Positions 25,766 to 38,386 are shown, counted from the stretch's first letter. The stretch: 64,000 bases of DNA from Octopus sinensis (GCF_006345805.1 NC_043018.1:1860001-1924000), one strand, 5' to 3'. Made by a program: numbers and translations. The notes: generated from the letters alone by a model not told the origin.

Positions 25766-26645
25766 GATACTATTCATCTTATTATCATTACTATTAGTCG
25801 TAATATCGTCGGCAAATTCCCTGGCTATAGGAATGCTGCGATTGTTACCATCAATAATATAACTGTTATTAAGAATGCTGGTACTATTACCACTAACACC
25901 ACCACTATTAATAATCTGGTTAATGTTATTATCATTATTACTATTGCTAACGCTAATGCTGCTATGAATGTTGCTAATATCCATACTACTTCTATTATTA
26001 TTATTAATGTATGTTACGTTGGAATGGGTAAGGGCGGTGTCGCTACTCATGGGTGGAGAGACCCTATTTAGCAGCTTATTATTGTGGGAAGCTATTATCT
26101 GCGAAAGACTTTTAGTATTTGAGAATGCTATTCTTACTTTATGCGAATTTATAGTAGAGTAGTATCTAGAATTCCAAGGAAAATTCTTAGCAACGGCTTC
26201 ACGGAATTGTAAAGGGAGATTAGACCTGATTTGTCTCCCGAAAGGAATCACAAACCAGATATAGTTTTTTTTGTTCTTGGAATGGCTGAGAGTGTTGACA
26301 TTTACATTAAAGGGTATATTTCTGTGTTTAGGTTTACGCTGGCCTCCTCTGGTCCGTAAATTATTATTGTAAAATATATTTGTGTCGACGTTGCTAGAGC
26401 TGAAATCACTATTTATGTTATTTATATTATTATTAGAAGTTATCTTATCTTGATGGGTAGATCTTAGTTTAGGATGGGCCGCATCGATGTATGATACCTT
26501 ATCCCTATAACCGGCCTTTGACATGGCGGCATTATAAAATTCTGCTTTCTGTTTAAAAATGTCGACATTTGCTGATGACTTAGATAGTCTTAAGGATATA
26601 TTTTTAACCAAATTATCGGTGATAGCTTTTGCATGGTTACTGTCC
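25739..26645 (-). pseudogene. PLE reverse-transcriptase thumb plus Asn-rich linker (5'-truncated)
   Basis: 290-aa track ORF, open upstream to DSNHAKAITDN; no YxDD palm present because the truncation joins the inverted repeat. Confidence 0.85.
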
Positions 26646-26733
26646 TTTGGAATTAGGAATATGCAGCCTTCGAAACATATGTCGAGAATAAAGGATATTT
26701 GTTAACTAGTCGTTCAACTCCATCTTTCATATA

Positions 26734-26763
<30 letters not shown>

Positions 26764-26766
<3 letters not shown>

Positions 26767-27300
26767 TACTAATATAGGATGAAGATTTTTTACAGAAAAA
26801 AACTTTCATGAAAACAGTGGCAGTATATTAAAATACGTTTAAAGGTTAAAATTACAAACAACTTATAAACAAGGGCAAAAGAAAATTATTTCTATGCCAA
26901 TATGCTGATAACAGACTTTTAAATCATCAATTTCCACCTATTATTATATACCCACTACAGAAATACGTTGTGCTGAACTCGAGGAAAACTAGCCAACAGA
27001 ATTTTTTTTAAAAAGTTCGTTATTTCTATATTGAATCAATTTCGGAATTAATCTCATAGATTTTTTCCTCTTCAGTAGAAAATATGAATAGAAATAAATG
27101 AAATACTTATATGCGCCCATGGAAAAAAAGCCGAAGCAAAAGTCATGAGTACACATAAGTACGCCAGATATATCTAAATATAAAATCCTTTGGTTAGCCT
27201 CAGTTGTTTAAAATTTTAACCGTTAAAGGTATTTTAATATGCTGACACTTTTTTCATGAAATTGATTTCTGTAAAAAAACTTCATCCTATATTAGTAGTA
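26764..27300. mobile_element. MITE with ~100-bp terminal inverted repeats, TA at both ends
   Basis: tactactaatataggatgaag... vs ...cttcatcctatattagtagta; arms pair over ~100 bp; related to 35359-35914. Confidence 0.85.
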
Positions 27301-27423
27301 GATTTATTACAATTCGCCATAGGGGCTAGTAACCCCTATAAACTGTGGTGGAGAACAGTGACTTGTATCCAGGTATAGGTAGCTTATCTGGTATCCCTTG
27401 AAGAAATTTGTCCAGACTCCGTG

Positions 27424-27501
<78 letters not shown>

Positions 27502-27639
27502 ATTGAAAAAGACTGATCAATTACTTATTCACACACGACAGAAGCCCAAACACAAACCCGGAAGTACGTATAATATTACTCCTAGATAGCACACAACGAA
27601 ATCTGAGCGTGTAAATATATATATATATGTAGTTAATCC

Positions 27640-27785
27640 AAACATGAAAACACAAAGAGAAAACACAACAACGCGAGGAAGTGGAACAAATATAGTGGAG
27701 CTCTTCGTCAGAAACAGAGGAAAAGGAAAGATCCAGAGAAGGGAAGACGGAGGGAAAAACATCGCCAACGATACACACGTGGTCA
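27640..27785 (-). mobile_element. PLE-type tail fragment with only the 5' half of a hammerhead
   Basis: Minus strand tgttt-CTGACGA-a-gagc; the matching gctc-GAAA half is absent; same architecture as 38455-38489. Confidence 0.5.
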
Positions 27786-28047
27786 CATATATATATTAGA
27801 AGAAATAAGAATAATAATATATAATAACTGTACATCAACTCCAAACCTTCTAATAAATAACTATATATATAACTATATATATATATATATACGTTCAGCA
27901 AAACAATTTAGATTCAAATGAATATGGTACTTGATTTAGATGCACTAGAATTTTTTATGGTATTACCCATAAAATTATGTGGGGGGATTATAACCAAAAT
28001 ATAAGGAACAAGATTACCGGATCCATTCTTGTTGCCTATTTTTGGGT

Positions 28048-28078
<31 letters not shown>

Positions 28079-28486
28079 TTATATATATATATATAGCATA
28101 TATAGCTACGATAAAGCATGATTTGTAGAAAATGTCATGTATGTATGTGAGCTGTAATCATTTATTGGGACACATCATAGAGCTCGCACGTGGATATATG
28201 TTCTCTAAACACCGAATAGAAACTGTCGTAAGTAGGGTCATATATGTAGACGTGCGACCTGTTGCAACGCAAATGAAATATGACATAGATAATCTGATGT
28301 ATGGAGACTTATGATCTCCTGCAATGCTAACATCTTACATCATATGAAGGCTCCTACCTCTAGATATATGACCAATGCTTATATGAATTTGTCACATGAC
28401 GGTTTCTATGAAGGAACGACGGGTGTGATAAAGTACCTTGATCAGTAAATAAAATATGTAAGTTGCTGGGTTTTTATACGACCAAC

Positions 28487-28823
28487 TGGAAGGTGTTTGT
28501 AAGCCATTTAAGAAACACACAAAAGCCGTTCGATTCACTTCAACATTTAATTTTAATTTGCCAAAATATTTTTTTTTTCGTCGCTAAAATCCGCGACCTG
28601 ACCACTGACAAAAATCTGTACTGCATCTCTATTGATTTTTGTCAGTGAACAGGTCGCGGATTTTAGCGACGAAAATATTTTGACAAATTAAACTTAAATG
28701 TTGAAGTGAATCGAACGGCTTTTGTGTGTTTCTTAAATGGCTTACAAACGCCTTCCACGCTGCAATTGTTTTCGTTTCAGCACACGTTCTCGGATCAACA
28801 CTTGCTATGCGAGTACATCTCCG

Positions 28824-28825
<2 letters not shown>
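28487..28825 (+). mobile_element. Palindromic non-autonomous element (~130-bp arms, 17-nt loop) carrying a G3-C8 hammerhead variant
   Basis: 28487-28616 pairs with 28634-28757; tail continues to ...gctatgcgagtacatctccgt; related copy at 45335-45560. Confidence 0.85.
28638..28687 (+). ncRNA. Type-I hammerhead with swapped core pair (G3-C8)
   Basis: Stem I tttgtca/tgacaaa; core GTGAACA; g; stem II gtcgc-ggatttta-gcgac; GAAA; palindromic stem III AAUAUU; U17. Confidence 0.7.
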
Positions 28826-28897
<72 letters not shown>

Positions 28898-28898
28898 C

Positions 28899-28950
<52 letters not shown>

Positions 28951-29002
28951 ATCTATATTATATATATATTTAGATATAGATATATATAGTATATTATATA
29001 TA

Positions 29003-29130
29003 TTGGTAAAAACGGTAAGATAACAAGAGAAAGAGACCTCAATATTATGTAAATAGAGGAATTTATCTAAAAAATAATATTTTTACAATTACTCAATAGT
29101 CAAGATAAAACTCTGAGTTTCAGATGCCGA
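29003..29130 (-). mobile_element. PLE-type tail fragment (family of 42300-42475)
   Basis: aagagacctcaatattatgtaaatagagg...caagataaaactctgagtttcagatgccga matches 42300-42475; only the 3' half of the hammerhead remains. Confidence 0.7.
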
Positions 29131-29402
29131 TATATGCATATATATATATATAATATATATATATATATTATATTTTATATATATATTATATGGATGTTCA
29201 TATATAGTTATATATATACATACATAACCTCGCTCTCTCTACACACATATATATATATATATATGTGTGTGTGTTGTGTGGAGAGAGAGAGAGAGAGAGA
29301 GTGAGAGAGAGTGAGAGAGAGAGTTTATGTATATATATAACTATATATGAACATTCATATATATAATATATATATATATGCATATAGCTGTATATATAAT
29401 AT

Positions 29403-29447
<45 letters not shown>

Positions 29448-30989
29448 CCTACATAGACATATATATATATGCATACATATATATGCATGTATAAATAACA
29501 TTTATAGATGGGTATTAGACAGATAGCTAATAGACTGACAGACAAATAGATAGATAGGCAGGTAGGTATTGAGGGAGCGAGGGAGGTATGTAGGTAGGTA
29601 CGTGGGTTGGTTGGTTGGTTGGTTGGGAGGTAGGTAGGTAGGTAGGTAGGTACACACAATTATGAATATCAGTAATTAAATTACATATGGTGTTACATAT
29701 ACATGTTCAAATTACAAGACGAAGATGGTTTTTGCAGCTGATTCAAAGATTCGGGGACTGATTGATGTTAAAATGCATATTATGCACAAACATGTTTATA
29801 ATGAGGCAATTATACACAACAAATCACCCCAAAATATTTCTAGCTTGTATGAAGCAATAGGCGACTATCTTCGGCATTTCTTGCTTGAAAATATTCATGC
29901 ATCGTGAATATGCATAAGTAGCGACTTACGCAAATTAATTCTTGTCTTCTGTGATCCTTTGTTCATCGTTTCTGCATTTGTTACTCGCTGGAGCTACGTA
30001 TTTCTCACAGCCGATCTTTGATCTGCCGGACGATTTTGCCTTCATTATGTAGTTGGAATTTTCTACTGGTCAGACTACTAGTCTAAGCAATATACGGATG
30101 CCTATATATACCGTATTTGCTCTTAGTTAAGTTCTACCATTTCGATCAGCATTCAACAAATTCTGTGACCACTATTCCTCGTTAAGTCACTCTGTGATTC
30201 CATTGCTGGGTTATTTCGTGTATTTATCGCTGGACTGCAAAATTGGTCTGGAATATATATTATTATCAATAATAAACAATATGGAGACGTGTATAAACAC
30301 AAAATTAATTTGATAATTTTATGCACCATATTATAATGACGTGCACGGGGTTCCGTTGCACCGACCACTCACGATTGTAAATGCAACTTTGCATTATTAT
30401 CGGTGCAGCTTTATTAGCGTCCGTCAATTTGGTGATCTTTGTTAATTATTGCTGCTGACCTCAAATTCACATCAGTCGCTGCCCCAAGTTAGGTCAGATA
30501 ATGAATAGCTCAATATTGAGAGTAATGCACTTGTAAGAGTCCTTCTTCATTTTAACGGGTTTGCTTGCTTTATTTTCATTTTGCGTCGTGCGTCTCCTGA
30601 ATAGATCTTGTTTGCTTATCTATTAATCTTTTGGGTTCAGCTGCCCATGATTATCATTATACATTGGGTAGTGTGTTTGTTAGTTTACTGATGAAGGTTA
30701 TTAAATTTTTATTATGCTTAGGTTATGTTATTCTATCCGTTGTATCAAGCTCAATTGTTGTTTGGACTTTGGTTACCAAGGATTATCGTTACACCTTTTA
30801 AAAGTCTTACCGTGTTTGTGCAAACACCGTGGGACTTGTTCATGTTTTATATCAATTAATGTGGATTTTAATGTAATCATTTGGTACAGTTCCTCTATAC
30901 AAAGTCGCATCTAAGAAGCACGAGAGAGGGGATGGAATTAAATGGTCCTTTCTAAAGACAAACGAAGGAAGCAAAATCTGAATCCTCAT

Positions 30990-31880
30990 GGAATTGATTG
31001 AGAAAGGATGGTCCTAAGACAGAGATAGAAAGTTTATTGGATGCTGTTCTGGACCATACAGTAAACACAAACTCGATAAGGATCATGTATCACTAAGATG
31101 ACACAAAAAAGTGTAGGTTATATGGGAATTAAAGGGAGAGTACTACAAGTATTGTGAGCTACTGTGATATACTTGTGCAGAGAGAATATAAAGACGTCAT
31201 CACAATGTGTGCTGACCCCTCCACTGGTCTTTATTTAAGCAAAGTGGAAGAGGTTCCAGAAATCAGACTGAACATCTTGTGTCAACTTACAACCCAAACA
31301 CTCAGTTATTAAACTTACAAGGTCAGACAAAATTTTGGTGGAGAAACGTATTGTAAGGAGATGTCAGTTGGTCGATGATGTTTTTCCAGATTATTAAATC
31401 CTTCATAAAGGTAACGAGAAAATCGTAAAATAATGCACAGTTTCGAATAGAGTTGGACTGTATGTGGAACAGTGCTTTTCAAACTTTTTGCTGAAGCGGA
31501 ACCCCAAGGCAACATTCCACTGGCTCGAGGAACCCCTGTGCAATAATTTAAGTGTCTTATGCACTCATATCTGCACAGGAGAATTAAAAATTACTGTCGA
31601 TTTTAGCATTTTTGTAACTTCTTGCGGAACCCTAATGTTCTGCGGAACCCTGGTTGAAAACCACTGATGTGGAACATGAAAGCAAGAGAGGTACCAATTG
31701 TGATTGGAACATTTGGATCTGTGAAGAATTGCCTTCAGATGTAACTTGACACAGATGTAACTTGCTTCTGTGAGCTACCAATGTCCCGTGGGAAGTATTG
31801 TCTATCTGAGGTTACACAGGTTGATAGGGAGTCAAGCTAAGATTCCAGGGTTAACAGTATGATCACTGTATAAATGAGAA
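30990..31880 (+). mobile_element. Decayed R4/Dong-type LINE C-terminal region, interrupted by a hAT MITE
   Basis: KTEIESLLDAVLDHTVNTNSIR...DTKKCRLYGN*RESTTSIVSYCDILVQREYK (decayed CCHC knuckle) and IELDCMWNMKAREVPIVIGTFGSV (REL domain); several stops and frameshifts; ends at (AAT)n. Confidence 0.7.
31470..31666. mobile_element. hAT-superfamily MITE
   Basis: TIR cagtgcttttcaaac / gttgaaaaccactg; perfect 8-bp TSD atgtggaa at 31462-31469 and 31667-31674. Confidence 0.92.
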
Positions 31881-31898
31881 ATAGTAATAATAATAATG

Positions 31899-31967
<69 letters not shown>

Positions 31968-32260
31968 TTGATAGCGATCGACGTGGCAGTGGCAGGAGAT
32001 CAACATATTTTCATGAAAGATAAAAGAATACTCATAAATATGGAAACCTGGAGAGACAAAGACAAAGGTTGCATTAGGGGCATTAGGGGCTTAGGTTCGA
32101 CACCATCCAACATGAAGAAACGCCTGGAAACTTTAGAAATACACTACAACAATCGCCTTTAATGGGAAAGACACGCATATTGTGTAAAGTACTGTCGGTT
32201 TGAGGTCCTGGTTGTGAATTGACAAACAGTACAAACCCCCGGTAGGCACCATATCTTCAG
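31968..32260 (+). mobile_element. Second R4/Dong-type LINE 3' fragment directly after (AAT)n
   Basis: LIAIDVAVAGDQHI..., GLGSTPSNMKKRLETLEI, then GKTRILCKVLSV* (stop 32201-32203). Confidence 0.7.
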
Positions 32261-32404
32261 GCAACATCACGATATTGGATAATGCGCGACGTCTTCAATA
32301 TTGATGATGATGATGATGATGATGATGATAATGACGATGATGGTGGTGGTGGTGGTGATGATGATGGTGGTGGTGGTGGTGGTGGTGGTGATGATGATGA
32401 TTAC

Positions 32405-32560
32405 AATTTCGAATTTCGGCACCAGGCCAGCAATCTCGAGGACAGAGGATAAAGTCGATTACATAGACCGCAGGGTTCAACTGGTACTAATTTTATCGAC
32501 TTCGAAATGCTGAAAAGCTGAAAGGCAACATCGGCGGAATTTGAACTTGGAATATAAAGA
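32405..32560 (-). mobile_element. Family A SINE, diverged
   Basis: aactggtactaattttatcgac...gaaaggcaacatcggcggaatttgaact. Confidence 0.65.
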
Positions 32561-32626
32561 AGGACGGGAGGATAGTGATGACAACGATGACGATAAAAGT
32601 AACTCTGACAATATCTGTATCAAGAC

Positions 32627-32627
32627 C

Positions 32628-32677
<50 letters not shown>

Positions 32678-32795
32678 TAATAATAATAACAATAACAATA
32701 ATAATAATAATAATAATAACAATAACAATGACAATAATAATAATAATAATAATAACAACAACAATAATAATAATAATAATAATAACAATAACAAA

Positions 32796-32830
<35 letters not shown>

Positions 32831-33237
32831 TAATAATAATAATAATGATAATAATAACAATAACAATAATAATAATAATTAATAAAATTAATAACAATAA
32901 CAATAATAACAATAACAATAATAATAATAATAATAATAATAATGATAATAATAAATAATAAATAATAATGATAATAATAATAACAATAAAAATAATGATA
33001 ATAATAATAACAATAACAATGACAATAATAATAATAATAATAATACAACAACAATAATAATAATAATAATAATAACAATAACAACAATAATAATAATAAT
33101 AATAATAACAATAATAAATAATAATAATAATAACAATAACAATAATAATAATAATAATAATAATAACATAACAATAATAAATAACAATAATAATAATAAT
33201 AATAATAATAATATAATGTAATAATAATAACAATAAC

Positions 33238-33275
<38 letters not shown>

Positions 33276-33369
33276 TAATATATAATAATAATAATAATAA
33301 TAAATAACAATAATAATTAATAATAATAATAATAATAACAACAATAATAATAATAATAATAATAATAAC

Positions 33370-33404
<35 letters not shown>

Positions 33405-33425
33405 TGATGATGATGATAAATAATA
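32627..33425. repeat. ~800-bp (AAT/AAC)n microsatellite
   Basis: Direct reading; source of the 342-aa and other poly-I/L/N/Y ORFs. Confidence 0.97.
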
Positions 33426-33990
33426 AACAATCATAAGCAAAACGATTGTTATTTGATCAGACTTAAGTGATAAAAATGCGGAAACAAAAGCGGAAACGTG
33501 AAAATGGAGAAACGAAAGCAAACATTGAGTTTGGATGACGTATAGGAATGCTTAATCCATTGGGATGAGGGGAGGATTTGCAACAAAAGAAACAAAGAAT
33601 GCGAAAAGATGCATTCATAGGGAAATGAAGCAATGAAACAAATGTTATACGAAGTAGGAAATAAGACTCTCAATCAACTTTAGCCCCATTTGTATATGTA
33701 TATATATGTATATATATATATATGTATAGTGCGGTGGTCCATATATAATATATATATATATATATATATAGTGATGAACATATTCAGATATGTATGCATA
33801 TTTTATGCATGCTGATAAACATGTAACAGCAGACACGCATGCGCGCAGTAGAGATCGTACAATGAAATCTCTAAGGCGCCATGTTGGCGTCAAGAACTCA
33901 CGCTGGTTATCATCTCCAAAATGCAGCATGCTCTTTCTACCCCACTCACTAAAAACCCGTATATACATACAAACAGACATACATATACCT

Positions 33991-34040
<50 letters not shown>

Positions 34041-34305
34041 CATACATACATGTTTTTTTTTAATACGAATTTTATGGTACGCAAACAATTTCTGTATATA
34101 CACTCATATTAATTCCCTTATTATATATATAAAAATGTATTTCATTGTGCGTATGTATTATTATATATATTGAAGTATATGTCTATATATATATATGGAC
34201 ACACGCACATTCTCAAGCATACATAGACATGTATGTGTATAACCTTGCATCAAATTCATATACCACTTTATATATATATACATACATACATATATGCATG
34301 CATGA

Positions 34306-34336
<31 letters not shown>

Positions 34337-34358
34337 CATACATACATACATACATACA

Positions 34359-34389
<31 letters not shown>

Positions 34390-35247
34390 GTGTATATGTA
34401 CATATATATGATAGTCATTAAAGCGCATATATAGCCACATATATTTTGTAGTTGAGCTAAACATTATATAGCCTCAAATATTTGCAACGATGATATATTT
34501 CACTTCGAAATACCAACATTAATAACTACAAAATAGGTTTTATTTTAACCCTAATATGGCGCTCTTTCCCCAATTCTAGTTCTGAACTACGAACATACAG
34601 CAGGCTTTTTAATATGTCCTCAGGGCATTCTCTCATGTAAGCAGCGTTGAAGCAAAAAGGCAGCTAATATACACAATGCTGTTGCCATTCATTGATTAAA
34701 CCAAGCGAATAACAAGCATGGAACGTTCTATGCAGGGAATATTTTACTTATTAATTTCAGGAATTTCAATGAACGGCGATACGAACTCATCGAAATAAAT
34801 GTGAATTTCCTTATTATAGAATCAAGCCAAACACGTCAGGCATATTAAGAATGTTAAGAATAATATTTAGTGTTCGTTTATCCTTCGTCTCGTAGGCTGA
34901 ACCTTCGATCAACAATATTGCAAAATATTATCATAACGCCTTCAAAATGAGCGGTTTTCATCATCTTTTTTCTTTCTTTTTTTCTGCATAAAATATAGCC
35001 AAAACACTAATAGACTAAAGACTACAAAATGATTGACCTTTAAATGTATGTCTTGATACGCGTGTGTGTGTGCATATACCGTGAATAAGTATACGTGCCC
35101 TAAATATAAAATATATATGTGAATGTATATCTACACACGCGTTCAGTCCCGCTGTCTTTCACCTTGAGCGCCTTCTACCATGGCGTCGAGTCGACCAAAG
35201 ACTTGTGAGTGGATTGGGTAGACGGAAACTGAAAGGAAGCCCGTCGT

Positions 35248-35287
<40 letters not shown>

Positions 35288-35358
35288 TCTTTTACTCTTT
35301 TACTTGTTTCAGTCATTTGACTGCGGCCATGCTTGAGCACCGCCTTTAAATATGTATA

Positions 35359-35914
35359 TATATTTAATGTAGGATAAAATTTTTTGGAAAAAAAATTTTA
35401 TCAATGGCCAGCATATTAAAAATACTTTTAAAGGTTAGATTTATAAACAACTTATAAATAAGGGCAAACGAAAAAATTTTCTAATGTCATACGCCGAAAA
35501 TTAGACATATTGTCCATAACCATTATAATTTTTCACAGAACGCACGCTACTCGATAAAAGGTCGACAGATATTTCTAAAAAATTCCATTATTACCATATC
35601 GGACCGATTTCAGGGTTAGCTCGTAAGAGCCCTCCCTTCGTCAGTGATCAATGTGGCAAAGAAATAAATGAGATAATTACTCATACCAATTGAAGAAGCA
35701 AAAACTAAGTCATGAGCACAACTAAGTACGCCAAATACATCCAAAATAGAAATTCTCCAGTCCATATGTCTAATATTCGGCATATGGCAGTAGAAAATTT
35801 TTTCGTTTGCCCTCATTTATAAGTTGTTTATAAATTTAACCTTTAAATGTATTTTTAATATGCTGGCCATTGATAAATTATATTCGAAAAAAATTTTATC
35901 CTACATTAAATATA
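35359..35914. mobile_element. Long-TIR MITE (arms ~150 bp)
   Basis: tatatttaatgtaggataaaatttt ... aaaattttatcctacattaaatata; arms share text with 26764-27300. Confidence 0.85.
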
Positions 35915-35984
35915 AATTTAATAGTGTTCACTTCCGGACTCTTTCACTCTGTGAGACCCTCAGTTCAAATCGCACGTGTCTCAA

Positions 35985-36302
35985 ATGGGCTGGAGAATTT
36001 CTATTTTGGATGTATTTCGCGTACTTAGTTGTGCTCATGACTTTGTGCTTGCTTCTTCCATGGGTATGAGTAAGTATCTCATTTATTTCTTTGCCACATT
36101 TATCACTGATGAAGGGAGGGTTCTTACGAACTAACCCTTAAATCGCTCCGATATGATAATAACGGGATTTTTTAGAAATATCTGTCGACCTTTTTGGGAG
36201 TAGCGTGCGTTCTGTGAAAAATTATAATGGTTATGGACAATATGTCTAATTTTCGGCATATGGCATTAGAAAATTTTTTCGTTTGCCCTCATTTATAAGT
36301 TG
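35985..36302 (-). mobile_element. Adjacent inverted partial copy of the 35359-35914 MITE
   Basis: Reverse complement matches the interior and one arm of 35440-35770. Confidence 0.8.
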
Positions 36303-36442
36303 TATATATATACGTTTGTGTGTCTGTGGTTGTCCCCGAGGCATCGCTTGACAACCGACGTTGATGTGTTTACGTCCCTGTAATTTAACGATTTGGCAAA
36401 ATAATGCCGATAGAATATGTCGAATTCTTCGACCAACGATGG

Positions 36443-36530
36443 TCTTTAACGTTTCGAGCCTACGCTCTTCCACAGAATGGAACACAGAAAGAAACAAGGA
36501 GAGAAAATAAAGGATGTGTAGGTCTTCTCA
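36443..36530 (-). mobile_element. PLE-type tail with CUGUNGA-core hammerhead motif
   Basis: Minus strand tt-CTGTGGA-a-gagc-gtag-gctc-GAAA-cg-tt-aaag; same family as 61396-61433 and 61554-61591. Confidence 0.65.
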
Positions 36531-38346
36531 TATCAAGTATGTATATAAGGGTGGTTCTGAAACAGGATGGCTATATCTGCTCGGTCGTTTATATATTTGT
36601 ATATGTACGTGTATGTGTATATATTATACATAGGTATATATATATTATATATATTTATGTATATATGTATATATATTATATATTATATAAATATATGAAT
36701 ATTATATATATATAATGGATACAGATCGTGTATCAATAGCTATCTTGATGGCGGTGGCCTCATGGAGCTGACCATGGCAGCGATTATTCTTATATCTATA
36801 AGAATGCCATATTAATATGGCGATAACAATTAATTTCCAGTAAACGCTGCCATAATCTCTTTTATAGAGACTTAGTAATTTTAATATTTCTATTATATAT
36901 ATATATATACATATGTGTGTGTGTGTGTGCTTGTATGTGTGTATTTGTGTGTGTGTTCAAATACCTGTGCATACACGTATATATATATCTTTATATGTCT
37001 ATGTATATATGTCTAAATTTTTCAACATATACACGCTTTCTGGGTTCTTATGGGTAGCTGGCTGTTGTTCATGTAAGATTCTTTTTGTTGTTTTTAGTTC
37101 TTGTCTGGTTTCGCATCTATCAACACTCATCAAAGAGAAACACCCAGAACCACACGTGCGCACAGAACACATTTGCGCATGCGCACACACAGGTTTTTTC
37201 CTCCATCTGACCTCCCCCACCCCAGCCGTTCCGTTTGGCCAAATCCTTTGATCATGAAAAGTCTTAATAAACTTCTTAATGATTTTGTTTTACCCTTCTT
37301 CGCACATTCCTTATTCCTCCTCTTTTTCCTTTCTCTTCCTTTCATTATGTAGGTGTTTTCGCGAGTACACGTGCATGCGTATATATATGTATGTGTGTGT
37401 GTGTGTGTGTATGGGTGTGTGTATCTATCTGTACACACATACATGTAGTATGTATATATATATATATATATATACATGAGTGTCTATGTATATGTGTATG
37501 CATACATATGTATATAAGTATATATATGTATATGGATGTACATGTATGAGTGTGTCTATATATGTCCATTTATACGTATGCATATATGTATATTCGTATA
37601 TGTATACATATATATATGTATATATGTGTGTGTGCGTGTGTGTGTGTGTATGTATGTATACATATCTATATATATGTATCTCTATGCGTGTGTTAGTATA
37701 TGTAAGTGTGTGTGTATGCGTGTGTATTGTCCATAACCATTATCGGTATGTATACTTTGTGTATCTGTATATACGTAGGTGTTACCCTTATATTTTTAAT
37801 GCTAGATTTAATTACCCTTTATCGAAATCAGTATATAACTACCCTCGTACACATTTCAAAACTACTTATATTCTATATATGAGCGGAGCCCCTAGGTGGC
37901 GTCGCTCACGCTGGTGTCTTCTTTTTCATCGGTAATGCTTTATTTTACATATAAGCATAAATGCAATTATTTTCCCTCATAGACTGAATCTCATGTTTGA
38001 GCCTCTGATGAAGCCATAAGGTATTACTGGAGAATTCAGTCGTGCGATCACTGCATCTCATAACAGAAACGGCTGTAAGGTGATGGAGTTCGTGAGATAA
38101 TCGTTTATTGTTTTGACATCTTCTCTTTTGTATACATATACACATACATGTATATAGTAATATATATGTGTGTGCATGCTTGTTCTTGTGTGTGCATGCG
38201 TGTGCATATGTGTGTGAGCGTGTGTCAGTCAGTAGATTCATATATATATTATATATATATGTATATGTAAGCATACATTCATACATACATTTATGTGCAT
38301 TCATACATGTGTGTGTATATATATATATGTGTGTGTGTATGCGTGC

Positions 38347-38386
<40 letters not shown>

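Larger units (their letters stand above)
24649..26738 (-). mobile_element. 5'-truncated Penelope-like retroelement with inverted partial terminal repeat
   Basis: RT-thumb motifs SNH...NISLRLS..S.N..IF...AEFYNAAMSKAGY and NYIWFVIPF...SNLPLQF...VAKNFP; GIY-YIG domain in an adjacent frame; 24649-24739 is an inverted repeat of 26649-26738; hammerhead in the 3' repeat. Confidence 0.9.

Noticed and set aside
32493-33521. 342-aa ORF and other long low-complexity ORFs (10055-10672, 17252-17851, 45421-46113, 60398-61390 etc.)
   Set aside because: Translations of AAT, GATA, TA or CA microsatellites or of SINE/MITE sequence; no protein-like content.
36103-36145. CTGATGA-a-ggg inside the long-TIR MITE as a hammerhead
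   Set aside because: No stem II closure or GAAA in either copy.
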